A program made the position numbers and the translations under genes. The notes under the pieces are model-generated. The model worked only from the letters and a program-made list of their open reading frames with translations. It was not told where the DNA came from and did not search any database. Below, piece after piece: positions 1-9,294 of a stretch of DNA of 51,670 nt; the first letter of the stretch is position 1, and every line of letters starts with the position of its first letter. The DNA lies in contig JBDQPD010000008.1 in NCBI GenBank assembly GCA_040260805.1, positions 1 through 51,670 of the forward strand, given 5' to 3'. This stretch comes from Myxococcota bacterium (GTDB taxonomy: Bacteria > Myxococcota > UBA4151).

Positions 1-1
1 C

Positions 2-916
2 TCAACGCAGCTGAGCGCGCCAGCCGGTTAGCACCAAACCAATCCACAAGGCTTGCGCCATTCCCAGATGGATGAGCTGCATCCAGCCAGGCGCCGCGAG
101 CGCAACATTGAGCAGCCCGAGTCCAATCTGGCTAAGGCTCAACACCATGCCCACGAGCGCGATCTTACCGGCGGTGTGTTCGCGCAGGTGGTCAAACGCC
201 CAGATCATGAACCCACCTAAAATCAGCGCCAGAATAGGATGGATGATCCGCAAACGAACCAGAAAATGTTGGGTGGCGCTGAGCTCGTGGGTGACCTGAG
301 CCAGCAACCCAGAATGTTCTGCGGCTTGGACTGGAAATAGGGTGTCGCCCAACGCTGTGATGGCGCCTGACATCGAGACCACGATGAAGCCGAGACCCAT
401 GATGGTCAGCAGCCCTCTTTGCTCTGTCCAGCGAAAGGGGGCGTGTGGATTTTGGCTAAAGTAGGCGGTCGCAGCGCCCGCAGCGGTGAGCATCAGCGTG
501 TTGGTCAGATGCAGGACGATGACGGTCGCTCGCGCCGCCGAGGTGTCGTCAGCGACCAACTCGGCAAGAACCAAGCCTGCGCCGATCGCACCCTCGATGA
601 TGATGAAGAGCAGGGTGATCAACGCCGCGATCGTGGCCTTGCCGCGCAAGCCAAACAGGCGCCAAGCCCACGCGGAAATGCCCAGCCCAAAAACGCCGCA
701 TAAGCCGCTGGTGAGACGGTGCGTGTACTCGATCATCTTTTCTAAGGAGGGGGCGGTGGGGATGATCTCACCATCGCACAAGGGCCAGTGCGCTCCGCAG
801 CCTGCGCCGCTGTGCGTGATCCTGACCCAGGCGCCAAACAGAATCACCCCCACGAGGTATGCAGTAAACAGCCAAGCGATTCGAGTGAAGGATCGGTTCA
901 TGGGGTTCCTAGACAC
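2..916 (-). CDS. ctaA: Heme A synthase (COX15/CtaA family)
   Basis: Multi-pass membrane protein with GAWVRITHSGAGCGAHWPLCDG (Cys pair), IEYTHR (ExxHR) and later conserved His residues (VLHL, IIHP, LIHL). The start may be ATG at 901. Confidence 0.85.
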   Translation of the reverse strand: MSRNPMNRSFTRIAWLFTAYLVGVILFGAWVRITHSGAGCGAHWPLCDGEIIPTAPSLEKMIEYTHRLTSGLCGVFGLGISAWAWRLFGLRGKATIAALITLLFIIIEGAIGAGLVLAELVADDTSAARATVIVLHLTNTLMLTAAGAATAYFSQNPHAPFRWTEQRGLLTIMGLGFIVVSMSGAITALGDTLFPVQAAEHSGLLAQVTHELSATQHFLVRLRIIHPILALILGGFMIWAFDHLREHTAGKIALVGMVLSLSQIGLGLLNVALAAPGWMQLIHLGMAQALWIGLVLTGWRAQLR

Positions 917-998
917 CTTCGATTAAGTTTCGTCAACGCGCACCCTTGCCGCGCTACGCTGCACACGTCATGTACTAGACCATCACCAGGAGATTATC

Positions 999-1529
999 AT
1001 GCGTTTGCTTTCCCTTATTTCGTGTCTCGCCCTCACCGCGTGCAATTCTTCATCGGACGAGCGCGCGGCGGCGGAGCCGGCGGCTAAAGCGCAAGGGCCT
1101 GCTGTGGTGGCGGTCGAGCCACCCAAGGCCGAGCCCAAAGCCGAAGAGCCTGCCGCAGCGCCTGAAGCCCCAAAAGGTCCTCCCGGTGTCTCCTTTACGA
1201 ACGTCAAAGACGGGGATTCCATCCCCAACGGTTTTGAATTGGTGTTTCAGGTGATCGGAAAGACCGTGAAACCGGCGGGTGAGCCGATCGATGACAAGAC
1301 CATCGGCCATCATCACTTGATCATCGACGCCAAGGGGATTGAGCCCGGCACACCGGTACCCGCTGACGCGAGCCATATTCATTTTGGTAAAGGTCAGACC
1401 AAGCATGTGTTGAACGCATCGCCTGGGCAGCACACGCTGACCTTGCAGTTCGCCGATGGCGCCCATCGCAGCTACGGCCCGGAGTGGGCAAAGACGATCA
1501 CGGTCACGGTGACTGAGCCTAAGAAATGA
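999..1529 (+). CDS. DUF4399 domain lipoprotein
   Basis: AGGAG RBS, lipobox LTAC, Pro/Ala/Glu linker, then GHHHLIID..HIHFGKGQT..GQHTLTLQFADGAHRSY, typical of DUF4399. Confidence 0.8.
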   Translation: MRLLSLISCLALTACNSSSDERAAAEPAAKAQGPAVVAVEPPKAEPKAEEPAAAPEAPKGPPGVSFTNVKDGDSIPNGFELVFQVIGKTVKPAGEPIDDKTIGHHHLIIDAKGIEPGTPVPADASHIHFGKGQTKHVLNASPGQHTLTLQFADGAHRSYGPEWAKTITVTVTEPKK

Positions 1530-1906
1530 GCCTGTCGCGCAAGCTCGCAGAGCCCGCTTTGCGTGAGTACATGAGGTGCTGGGCCGACGATGATCGAGAG
1601 GGTTGGCTCAGCTTGTTCGCCGCTGAGGCGACGCTCGAAGACCCGGTGGGAGCCCCTGTTATCAAGGGGGCTGAGGCGATCGCTGCGTTCTGGGACCGTA
1701 TTCATCAAGGCGATATGGACATGCGCTGCGAGCTCGACCGCATTGTCGTTTGCGGTGATGAAGCCTTGATGATCTTTTGCGTCATCACCTCAGGGGCAGG
1801 CGTTGAAATGCGGGTGCAGATCGCCGACCTGTTCACCTTTGATGATTTAGGTAAAATTACGACGATGCGCGCCTTTTGGGACCAAGGCTGCATGAGCATG
1901 GGTTAG
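1526..1906 (+). CDS. NTF2/SnoaL-like protein (ketosteroid-isomerase-like)
   Basis: LFAAEATLEDPVG..G.EAIAAFW and D.FTFDD.GKITTMRAFW motifs; ATGA overlap with the upstream stop. Confidence 0.8.
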   Translation: MSLSRKLAEPALREYMRCWADDDREGWLSLFAAEATLEDPVGAPVIKGAEAIAAFWDRIHQGDMDMRCELDRIVVCGDEALMIFCVITSGAGVEMRVQIADLFTFDDLGKITTMRAFWDQGCMSMG

Positions 1907-1964
1907 TTACCAACTGGCCCCCTCCGCGCTGAGTCCCAATCTCCTGACAGAAGACCTGTAAGAT

Positions 1965-1988
1965 ACTAATTAAGCTTTGTTAATTAGT
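1965..1988. promoter_or_regulatory. Perfect inverted repeat, operator-like
   Basis: ACTAATTAA-gctttg-TTAATTAGT (9-bp arms, 6-bp spacer) in the AT-rich region upstream of the porin. Confidence 0.45.
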
Positions 1989-2017
1989 CCTTTGGTGTCG
2001 TCTTGGTAGGAGTTTAT

Positions 2018-2050
2018 GTGTCATTTATGTGTCATAAACGTGTCGCTAAC
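2018..2050 (+). promoter_or_regulatory. Pho-box-like direct repeats (11-bp period)
   Basis: GTGTCA at 2018 and 2029 and GTGTCG at 2040, exactly 11 bp apart, upstream of phosphate uptake genes. PhoB sites are TGTCA repeats with an 11-bp period. Confidence 0.65.
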
Positions 2051-2150
2051 GAATCAATAAGATCACGGGATAAATACGAAATAGTCACAGGTTTGAAAAA
2101 GTGATGAGAGCGCCTCGTCGGGTTGGAAACCCCGAATAAGGAGTGATTCC

Positions 2151-3101
2151 ATGTTGCGTTTGGCTATGTGTATTGTGTGCTTGGCTATTCCTTCAGTTGC
2201 TTATGCAAACGTTAAGCTCAGCGGACGCGCTCAGATGCGCTACACAGTTGAAGAGCTTCCTGGTGAGTTCAGCCTTCCGCGGGTGCGGCTGAAGTTTGGT
2301 GGGTCGACCGACTACGTCAAGAAAGCCTCGATTCAGGTCGATCTCGGCAAGGGCGCTGTGAACCTGAAAGACGCCTACGCCGATCTCGCTTTGGGTAGCG
2401 TTCTGCTCCGCGTGGGTCAGTTCAAAAAACCCTTCTCTCGACAGCAGTTGATCAGCTCATCCCGGTTGGCGTTTGTCGACCGAGCGGCGACAGATAAGGC
2501 GTTCGGTGCAGGCCGCGATCTCGGATTCATGATCCACAACGGTAAAAAGAACCGCATCGAGTACGCCCTTGGTCTGTTCAACGGCTACGGTGAGAAGGGG
2601 ATCTTCAACCCGAATAAAAACAAGTTCAGCAACCTGACCGGCGAGGCTCGACCGCTGGCGGTCACTCGACTGGCATACAATCACGGTAAGCCTTCTGGAT
2701 ACGATGAGGTCGACTTTGCCGGCGGCCCTCTTCGGGTCAGTGTTGGGGTGAGCGCGCAGCATTATTTTACCCAGGCAGCGGGCCAATCAGAGGCGACTTA
2801 TGTCGGCGCTGATGTGATCGCTAAATTAGCGGGCACGTCGCTGCTCGCCGAGTACTTTACGGGTGGTGCGTCGGGCGCCGATGCCAGCAATGGGCTGCAT
2901 GTACAGCTGGGACACTTGATCAAGGAGCGCTATCAGCCGCTGCTTCGCTATGTCCAAATCGACGACGCACAACACGCCATGGTCGGCTTCTCCACCTACA
3001 TGAAGAACCATAAACTTAAAGCGCAGATCGACGTGAGTCAGCCGCTTGATGACCGCAACGACGGCATGGCGATTCGTACGCAGCTTCAGGTGAGTTTCTA
3101 G
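2151..3101 (+). CDS. Phosphate-selective porin (OprO/OprP family)
   Basis: AAGGAG RBS, signal peptide, F.LPRVRL, LKDAY, RVGQFKKPFSRQQLISSSRLAFVDR, GRDLG motifs, C-terminal QLQVSF. Confidence 0.85.
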   Translation: MLRLAMCIVCLAIPSVAYANVKLSGRAQMRYTVEELPGEFSLPRVRLKFGGSTDYVKKASIQVDLGKGAVNLKDAYADLALGSVLLRVGQFKKPFSRQQLISSSRLAFVDRAATDKAFGAGRDLGFMIHNGKKNRIEYALGLFNGYGEKGIFNPNKNKFSNLTGEARPLAVTRLAYNHGKPSGYDEVDFAGGPLRVSVGVSAQHYFTQAAGQSEATYVGADVIAKLAGTSLLAEYFTGGASGADASNGLHVQLGHLIKERYQPLLRYVQIDDAQHAMVGFSTYMKNHKLKAQIDVSQPLDDRNDGMAIRTQLQVSF

Positions 3102-3104
3102 TCT

Positions 3105-3127
3105 CGAGTGACGCGCTAAGTCACTCG
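3105..3127 (+). terminator. Stem-loop after the porin gene (weak terminator or processing hairpin)
   Basis: CGAGTGAC-gcgctaa-GTCACTCG just after the stop codon; only a weak T tract follows. Confidence 0.35.
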
Positions 3128-3206
3128 CTTCTGTAAAGACCAAAGACCACGATATGCTGATCTCAAACCGTACAACTCGCAAACGCCTCGCGCAATGGTT
3201 GCGCGG

Positions 3207-3224
3207 CTGTCACCTCGTTGTCAC
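3207..3224 (+). promoter_or_regulatory. Pho box upstream of pstS
   Basis: CTGTCAC-ctcg-TTGTCAC, close to the PhoB consensus CTGTCAT-N4-CTGTCA(C/T), about 46 bp before the pstS GTG. Confidence 0.7.
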
Positions 3225-3270
3225 CTTCGCGCCTGCAAGGCGCAACCATCAACGAGCGAGGGGAGGCATT

Positions 3271-4197
3271 GTGAAGACATTCGTCGCGACCCTTGCTTTG
3301 GTGACCGCCTGCTCGCCGGGGACGAACCCGGGCGTCCAGGCGCGTGACGCGGGTGAGCAGAATATTCGCCTCGTCGGGTCCAGCACCCTTTATCCGCTCA
3401 CTAAAGCGGTGGCTTCTGAAATGACTCAAGGTGATGCTCAGGTCCTGATCTCGGTGACTGGAACCACCAAAGGCATCAAGGAGTTTTGCTCGGGTCGCGC
3501 CGCGGTGGCTGCGGCCTCGCGCGAGATGAACGCAGAAGAACGCCAAACCTGTTCGAGCTCAGGCATCGATATCGTCTCGATCCCTCTCGGTTATGATGCG
3601 ATCAGCATCGTCGTGCATCCTAATAATAGCTGGGTCACTCATCTCACGTTGGATGAACTTCGTCGCATTTGGGCGCCCGAGGCGCAGGGGCGAATCGTCA
3701 CCTGGGATCAGATCAGACCTGACTTTCCGAAGCGCCGAATAGCGCTTTATGGCCCCGGAAAAAGTTCGGGCACCTTTGACAGCTTTAGCGAGCGAATTGT
3801 GGGCGAGCGTGGCGCGTTGCGGGGCGACTATCAAAGCAGCGAAGATGATCACTTGTTGGTGCATGAGCTCGCTAATGATGAGGGCTCTTTGGGCTTTATC
3901 GGTCTTAGCTACGCGATTCAGAACCCATCGACGCTTCGTGTTGTGGGTATCGGCAGCGACGCGGCGACCGCTGTTGTTCCCTCGGTTCAAAGCGTTCAGG
4001 CGGGGCGCTATCAGCAGCTGGCTCGCCTGACTTATCTTTATGCGACCGTGAACGGTGCAGCCAGTGAACACCAGCGTCGTTTCCTCAGGCAGTATTTAAA
4101 TTTCGCGTCGACGCGAGGTGAAAAAATGGGGTTCGTTCCCCTTAACCGTGCGAAGTTATCTGAGAGCTTTTCTAGGCTCCAAGAGGTCAAGCCATGA
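3271..4197 (+). CDS. pstS: Phosphate-binding lipoprotein PstS
   Basis: GGAGG RBS then GTG at 3271 (the ORF track start at 3154 is too far upstream); lipobox VTAC; GSST, ASREM, YDAISIVVH, SGTFDSF, SEDD motifs. Confidence 0.85.
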   Translation: MKTFVATLALVTACSPGTNPGVQARDAGEQNIRLVGSSTLYPLTKAVASEMTQGDAQVLISVTGTTKGIKEFCSGRAAVAAASREMNAEERQTCSSSGIDIVSIPLGYDAISIVVHPNNSWVTHLTLDELRRIWAPEAQGRIVTWDQIRPDFPKRRIALYGPGKSSGTFDSFSERIVGERGALRGDYQSSEDDHLLVHELANDEGSLGFIGLSYAIQNPSTLRVVGIGSDAATAVVPSVQSVQAGRYQQLARLTYLYATVNGAASEHQRRFLRQYLNFASTRGEKMGFVPLNRAKLSESFSRLQEVKP

Positions 4198-5333
4198 TCG
4201 ACTCAATTCGTAAGTCATCGATGCTAAGGTTGGGTGCACTGCTCGTGCTTCTCTATGCCTTTTTGGTCGGTATTACCGTCTTATCGGGTGCCGTTAAGAG
4301 CTTAGGTTCGGGTGTGATTTCGCCCGAGGTGATGGCTTCAGTCTCGAATCCATTTGTGGGATTAATCCTGGGCGTGCTCGCGACGACCTTGGTTCAGAGC
4401 TCGTCGGTGACGACATCTCTGGTGGTGGGTTTGGTCGGCGGTGGGATGCTCAGCGTCGAGATGGCGATCCCCATGATCATGGGCGCCAATATTGGTACGA
4501 CGGTGACGAGCTCCATCGCCGCGCTCGGTCATGTCGGTAACCGTGTCGAGTTTCGCCGGGCCTTTGCGGCGGCGACCTGCCACGATTTCTTCAACTATCT
4601 CGCCGTTATTGTGCTCCTCCCGCTTGAGCTGATGACCGGTTATCTGCAGCGTCTGAGTCTGATCATCGCGGGCTGGTTTGAGGCGGGCAGCACCGAGAAG
4701 TACAAGAGCCCTTTCAAGGCGAGCCTCAAGGCCTGTTACAAAGCGATTAAAGGCTTTGTTAATGATCGCTTTGAGGAGCCAGGAACGAGCGCAAAAGTTC
4801 TTTTGGCTGTGGTCGGTCTGATCATCATCTTTATCTGCCTGGTGTTGATCGTGAAGGTGATGCGGAACTTAGTTCTAGACCGCATGCGAAGCCTGCTCTC
4901 GAATGCGCTCGATAGCAGCATTGTCGTTGGCTTATTCGCAGGCGCAGTGCTCACCGTAGCGGCTCAGAGTTCATCGATTACGACCTCGGTGATGGTGCCT
5001 TTAGCCGGCGCTGGGTTGATCACTCTTCGTCAGACCTTACCCTTGGTGCTTGGTGCCAATGTAGGAACGACGGTCACCGCGCTGATCGCCGCAATTGCGG
5101 TCGTTGGAGATCAAGCCATGGCAGCTCGTCAGATCGCGATGGTCCACCTTCTGTTCAACCTGACCGCGATCACCTTGATCTTTACTATTCCGAGAGCCGC
5201 CGACGTTCCGATTCGTATGGCGCAGCGTTTAGCTATGGTCGCGGACAAGTCGAAACGCTGGGCATTCACCTACATCATTGGCATGTTCTACGGCGTACCT
5301 GCTGCGCTCTTCTTCATCTCTAAGCTCTTTTAG
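4194..5333 (+). CDS. nptA: Na+/phosphate cotransporter (NptA/SLC34 family)
   Basis: Two QSSS repeats (LVQSSSVTTS, AAQSSSITTS), each followed by GAN(I/V)GTTVT; CHDFFN; 379 aa; ATGA overlap with pstS. Confidence 0.88.
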   Translation: MIDSIRKSSMLRLGALLVLLYAFLVGITVLSGAVKSLGSGVISPEVMASVSNPFVGLILGVLATTLVQSSSVTTSLVVGLVGGGMLSVEMAIPMIMGANIGTTVTSSIAALGHVGNRVEFRRAFAAATCHDFFNYLAVIVLLPLELMTGYLQRLSLIIAGWFEAGSTEKYKSPFKASLKACYKAIKGFVNDRFEEPGTSAKVLLAVVGLIIIFICLVLIVKVMRNLVLDRMRSLLSNALDSSIVVGLFAGAVLTVAAQSSSITTSVMVPLAGAGLITLRQTLPLVLGANVGTTVTALIAAIAVVGDQAMAARQIAMVHLLFNLTAITLIFTIPRAADVPIRMAQRLAMVADKSKRWAFTYIIGMFYGVPAALFFISKLF

Positions 5334-5347
5334 TAGGAATTCAGATT

Positions 5348-6034
5348 ATGCTGAACACACTGATCACACTCTTTGGTAAAGACAACGAAACTCTTGCCAC
5401 CGCCGAAGCCGAATTCACCGAGATGCTCGAGCGCACTCAGGCGATGTTTAAGGACGCTAAGCGAGGCGTCTGGGAGACCGCGTTGACCGCCAATGAGCGA
5501 CAAGAGCTCTACCGCTCAGACCGCCGCGTCAACAAGCTTGAGCGCTCGGTGCGCCGACGCGTCCTCGTGGCGATGAACACGAAAGGTGGGGACACTGACC
5601 TCAACAACTGCGTGGTATTGTTGCATGTCGTCAAGGATGCGGAGCGCATTGGCGACTACTGCAAAAACCTCTCGGAGCTGCGAGACTACGACGCCCGTGA
5701 TTTAGGTGGCGATGAGGTGTCCGCAAGCTTACGCACGATCGCTGACGAGCTCGAAGAGGTCTTCGATGCTGCGTTGCCGGTGATGGCAAGCGATGGTGAT
5801 ATCGATGGAGCGGTCGAGCTTCTGCAGAGCGCACGCGAGCTGTGCAAGCGGTGCGATCAACAGCTCTTGCGCATTGCAAAAAGTGATAAAGACCCGAGCT
5901 CCGTCACCGTTCATGTGCTTTTGACGCGCTTTTACAAGCGGATCGCCGCGCACCTGTCGAACGTGTTGTCGGTGGTGGTGATGCCGCTGCATAAGATCGA
6001 TTATTTCGATGAGCGTGAGCTTGAAGGCTTGTAG
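5348..6034 (+). CDS. PhoU-domain protein
   Basis: Helical protein with DRRVNKLERSVRR, KDAERIGDYCKN and RFYKRIAAH PhoU-type motifs; follows nptA. Confidence 0.8.
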   Translation: MLNTLITLFGKDNETLATAEAEFTEMLERTQAMFKDAKRGVWETALTANERQELYRSDRRVNKLERSVRRRVLVAMNTKGGDTDLNNCVVLLHVVKDAERIGDYCKNLSELRDYDARDLGGDEVSASLRTIADELEEVFDAALPVMASDGDIDGAVELLQSARELCKRCDQQLLRIAKSDKDPSSVTVHVLLTRFYKRIAAHLSNVLSVVVMPLHKIDYFDERELEGL

Positions 6035-6051
6035 TCTTTTGGGTTGAGTCG

Positions 6052-6687
6052 TCAGCCGACGATCAACCAGGCACCGGCGTAGTGGAACGCTGCCCCGGTG
6101 ATCACCAAGAGGTGAAAGACCTCGTGGTAGCCAAACCAGCCGGGTACCGGATTGGGTGCTTTGCGGGCGTAGCACAGAGCGCCTGAAATGTAGACGACGC
6201 CGCCGACGGCGACGCATGTGACCGGCGTGGAGCCTAGCTGGCTGAGCATCGCCGGCATAAAGGGTGTGCAGACCAGTCCAAGGATCACGTAGAGCCCTGC
6301 GGTCAGCGCGCGCGGCGCGTGCGGAAAAAAGCAGGATTTTAAGGTGCCCAAGGCTGCGCCGGTCCAGACTACGGGCAAGACCCACTCACTGTACTGCGCT
6401 TCAATCACCATAAAATAAGGGGTGAAGCCGCCGGCGACGAACAAATAGATCATCGAGCGATCGAGCCGGCGCAGCTTCATGCGCAGCTCGGGCGGCCAAT
6501 TGGGCGTGTGGTAAAATCCGCTCACCGCGAAGAGTAAGACCAAGGTCATCCCGTAGAGTACAACGCCCCACTGCAAGGGCCCGTCTTGGGCGTGTTGAGC
6601 GAGCAGCAAAGCTGCTGCCAGCGCGGGGATCGTCGCCACCAGGTGCGACACACCGCGCAGTTTGGGTTTGCCTGGAGGAGGCAGCAT
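6052..6687 (-). CDS. Hemolysin III / PAQR family membrane protein
   Basis: KPKLRGVSH, SGFYH, RRLDRSMIY, FGYHEVFH, HY motifs; about 7 TM segments. Likely start ATG 6687. Confidence 0.88.
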   Translation of the reverse strand: MLPPPGKPKLRGVSHLVATIPALAAALLLAQHAQDGPLQWGVVLYGMTLVLLFAVSGFYHTPNWPPELRMKLRRLDRSMIYLFVAGGFTPYFMVIEAQYSEWVLPVVWTGAALGTLKSCFFPHAPRALTAGLYVILGLVCTPFMPAMLSQLGSTPVTCVAVGGVVYISGALCYARKAPNPVPGWFGYHEVFHLLVITGAAFHYAGAWLIVG

Positions 6688-6835
6688 AGGGTCACCTTGG
6701 TCGATGGTCCGCAGCGTGTCGAGATGCGCGAGCAATAGCAAGTGACGATCGCGCTGAGCCCCTCGACGACCTCGTTGCACCCCTTTGTCTAAAGCGTGGT
6801 GAGCCGATAGTACAGACTCGGGTTATGGGAGTGTT

Positions 6836-7855
6836 TTGGCTTTGCGACGAGTTGGTCTGATCATGTTGTTGGTCTTTGGAGCCTGTTCAGAGTCTGATTC
6901 AGACGCTGAACCGTCCTTACCTGCCGCACATCCACTGGACGCGGTGCTGGGCACAAATCAGCTCCAGGCCTTAGGGTCTCACAACAGTTATCATGTCGAG
7001 CCTCCTGCCAATACGCTCGATGATTGGCGCTACACGCACGTGCCGCTTGATCAGCAGCTCGATGAGCAGGGGCTGCGCAAGTTTGAGCTCGACGTCTACT
7101 ACGATGAAGAGCGGCGAGTCTTCGACGTGTTTCACATCGGGATCCTCGATGCGGTGAGCAACTGCCCGACCCTGCGGGTCTGTCTTCAGGTCATGCGCAC
7201 GTGGTCCGATGCCCACCGCGGGCACCACCCGATCTTTGTGATGATCGAGCCCAAAACCAATTTCAAAGAAGAGCTCGCCGAGGGGATGCTTGAACAGCTT
7301 GACGAGGTCGTACGCGACGTCATGCAAGGCGGCGCTCACGTGACCCCGGCAGAGGTCCAGGGCGACTTCGAGACCTTGCGAGAAGCGGTGGTCACCGACG
7401 GCTGGCCTGTGCTCGCGCAGACTCGAGGGCGCTTTGTGTTGTGGATGGACAGCTGGGGCGAGTGGGGGCGGCGTTACAGCCGCAACCGCACCGACCTGAG
7501 CCACCGAGAGATTTTTGTGGTCTCTGAGGTGACCGACCCGGTCGCTGCGATCACCAATTTCAACAATCCACTGACGTCCGGCGATCAGATCCGAGCAGCC
7601 GTTGAGCAGGGTTTTATTGTGCGCACACGAGGTGACGACGCCTTGGTCGGTTTAGCCGGTGATGACACGCAACTTAAAGCGGCACTCGCGAGTGGCGCTC
7701 AGTTGATCAGTTCTGATTTTCCTGCGCCCGTTTTTGGGGTGGATTACCACTCTTCGATACCGGGGGGAACGCCGAGCCGCTGCAACCCGATCAACGCACC
7801 AACCGAATGCACCAGCGAAGCAGTTGAGGACCCTAGGCGCCTAGCGGGGCGTTAG
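6836..7855 (+). CDS. Ca2+-dependent phosphoinositide-specific phospholipase C (PI-PLC-C1-like) lipoprotein
   Basis: Lipobox FGAC; LQALGSHNSYH, FELD, WSDAHRGHHPIFVMIEPK, IVRTRGD, SGAQLISSDFP, RCNP. Confidence 0.8.
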   Translation: MALRRVGLIMLLVFGACSESDSDAEPSLPAAHPLDAVLGTNQLQALGSHNSYHVEPPANTLDDWRYTHVPLDQQLDEQGLRKFELDVYYDEERRVFDVFHIGILDAVSNCPTLRVCLQVMRTWSDAHRGHHPIFVMIEPKTNFKEELAEGMLEQLDEVVRDVMQGGAHVTPAEVQGDFETLREAVVTDGWPVLAQTRGRFVLWMDSWGEWGRRYSRNRTDLSHREIFVVSEVTDPVAAITNFNNPLTSGDQIRAAVEQGFIVRTRGDDALVGLAGDDTQLKAALASGAQLISSDFPAPVFGVDYHSSIPGGTPSRCNPINAPTECTSEAVEDPRRLAGR

Positions 7856-7920
7856 CCCTGGTTAATGAGGGGCATGCTTTAGGACTTTGCGCCTCGAATC
7901 AGGTGGAGCCTGATCAACAC

Positions 7921-9210
7921 TCACCACCCGTTGGTCGGCGCCGAGAGCGAGATATGCAAGTGGTGGTGATGGAAGCGATACCAGCCCTGCCCTTGGTCTT
8001 CGACCTCATAGGCGAGCTTGAGCCTGGAACAGGCGCCGTTGCGCAGCCAGCCTGAACCACAGAGCTGAGCGACCGCATTACGAATCAAAGGACCAACTTT
8101 TCCATCGACTCCGATCACCCGAAGATACGGGGTGTCATGGAGCCGGCCGATGAAGAGCGCGGTGCGGTACACGTCGAGAATCGCAGGCTCAGCGACGCAG
8201 TGGTACTGATCGGCGCCATTTTGAACGTGCTCGCAGACCGAGCGCAGCCAGTTGTTGCGCTGACCGACCTGGTAATAGGCGATGTCCATGTCGTGACCGT
8301 TGGTGTGGGTACCTTGCGGATGCCCGGGCTGATTTTCACGGGTGCCAGGGATCGAGCCGTCGCGTTCGCTCATGTCGCCCAAACCAAGGTCTTGGTAGGC
8401 TTGGTATTCCCAGTCTTCGCTCAGGCATTCGGTCGCCGCGGTGGCGCGCTGGATGAGCAGCTTGAGGTCACGGCGCGCCCAGCTGCGGTATTGATCAGCC
8501 TCGGTTTCGCCGTTGAGCGGGTAATCCCAATAGCCGAGGTCGCGCACCGGGCTGAACTGAATGAGCTCGGCACAGCTGTTGGCGCCGCCACGTGGGTCGC
8601 AGTCGTTGAAGGCGGGCACATCACGCTCGCAATCGGGTGGGCTCCCTGCGGGGAGGTTCTGGTCGGTTTCGATGCACTGACCGCTCGAGGGGTCACAGAG
8701 CTGGCCGTCGGGGCAGGTGATGGCGTCGCAGCGGTTGGTGTCGCCGCCACCGCCGCCGCTGCGTTCGCAGTAGTCTGAGCAGCTGGCGTCGCAGCTGTTG
8801 TCAGCGGTCGGTACGCAGGAGCCGTCATCGTCGGTATCCCCCGCGCAGTCGTACGCATTGGCGTCAGGCCAGCAGATCGAGCCGCTCATACCCTCGGCTC
8901 CCCAACAGCGCGAGCGGCTGTCGCACTCGCTGCGTGAGCCGGATTCGCTGCACTCGCCGGCGGCTTCTTGCATGCACAACCCGAGCACGCAGATGCCTGG
9001 GTTCTCGTCGGTGCCCCAGCACTCGTTCGAGCAGTCGCATTCGGAGCCTGGGTCGAGCAGGTCGCTCGGATCGATCGGCTGGGTGCCGGCATCGTTGGTC
9101 ATGCCTGCGTCGACATTGCCCTGACGTCCGCCATTGCCCTGACCATCGTCTGTGGTGACCGGCGGTGAGCAGGCTGTGACCAAGAGCGAAACGAGTACCA
9201 AACGATGCAT
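7921..9210 (-). CDS. Cys-rich lipoprotein with C-terminal MepA-like (LAS) zinc peptidase domain
   Basis: GGAGG RBS, ATG 9210, lipobox VTAC, Cys-rich modules, then GDMS..G, HPQGTHTNGHDMDIAY and HHHHLHIS, resembling the MepA H..SHQ.G.D.D and HxH zinc ligands. Confidence 0.65.
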   Translation of the reverse strand: MHRLVLVSLLVTACSPPVTTDDGQGNGGRQGNVDAGMTNDAGTQPIDPSDLLDPGSECDCSNECWGTDENPGICVLGLCMQEAAGECSESGSRSECDSRSRCWGAEGMSGSICWPDANAYDCAGDTDDDGSCVPTADNSCDASCSDYCERSGGGGGDTNRCDAITCPDGQLCDPSSGQCIETDQNLPAGSPPDCERDVPAFNDCDPRGGANSCAELIQFSPVRDLGYWDYPLNGETEADQYRSWARRDLKLLIQRATAATECLSEDWEYQAYQDLGLGDMSERDGSIPGTRENQPGHPQGTHTNGHDMDIAYYQVGQRNNWLRSVCEHVQNGADQYHCVAEPAILDVYRTALFIGRLHDTPYLRVIGVDGKVGPLIRNAVAQLCGSGWLRNGACSRLKLAYEVEDQGQGWYRFHHHHLHISLSAPTNGW

Positions 9211-9294
9211 AAGACCTCCGAAGTCGGACCTTACTGGCCTGCTCAAGAGGGCGCCTCAAGGAAGAAGCGAGCTTATCGGATGGTTGCCCGAGGC

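Noticed and set aside
1907..2150. ncRNA or tRNA in the AT-rich intergenic region
   Set aside because: No cloverleaf or known riboswitch pattern; promoter and operator elements explain it.
3154..3270. N-terminal extension of PstS in the ORF track
   Set aside because: The RBS, GTG at 3271, signal peptide and a Pho box inside this segment point to the later start. Similar over-extensions were trimmed for several other ORFs.
6052..6687. Hemolysin toxin call
   Set aside because: HlyIII/PAQR proteins are widespread membrane proteins; the family name is not evidence of toxicity.
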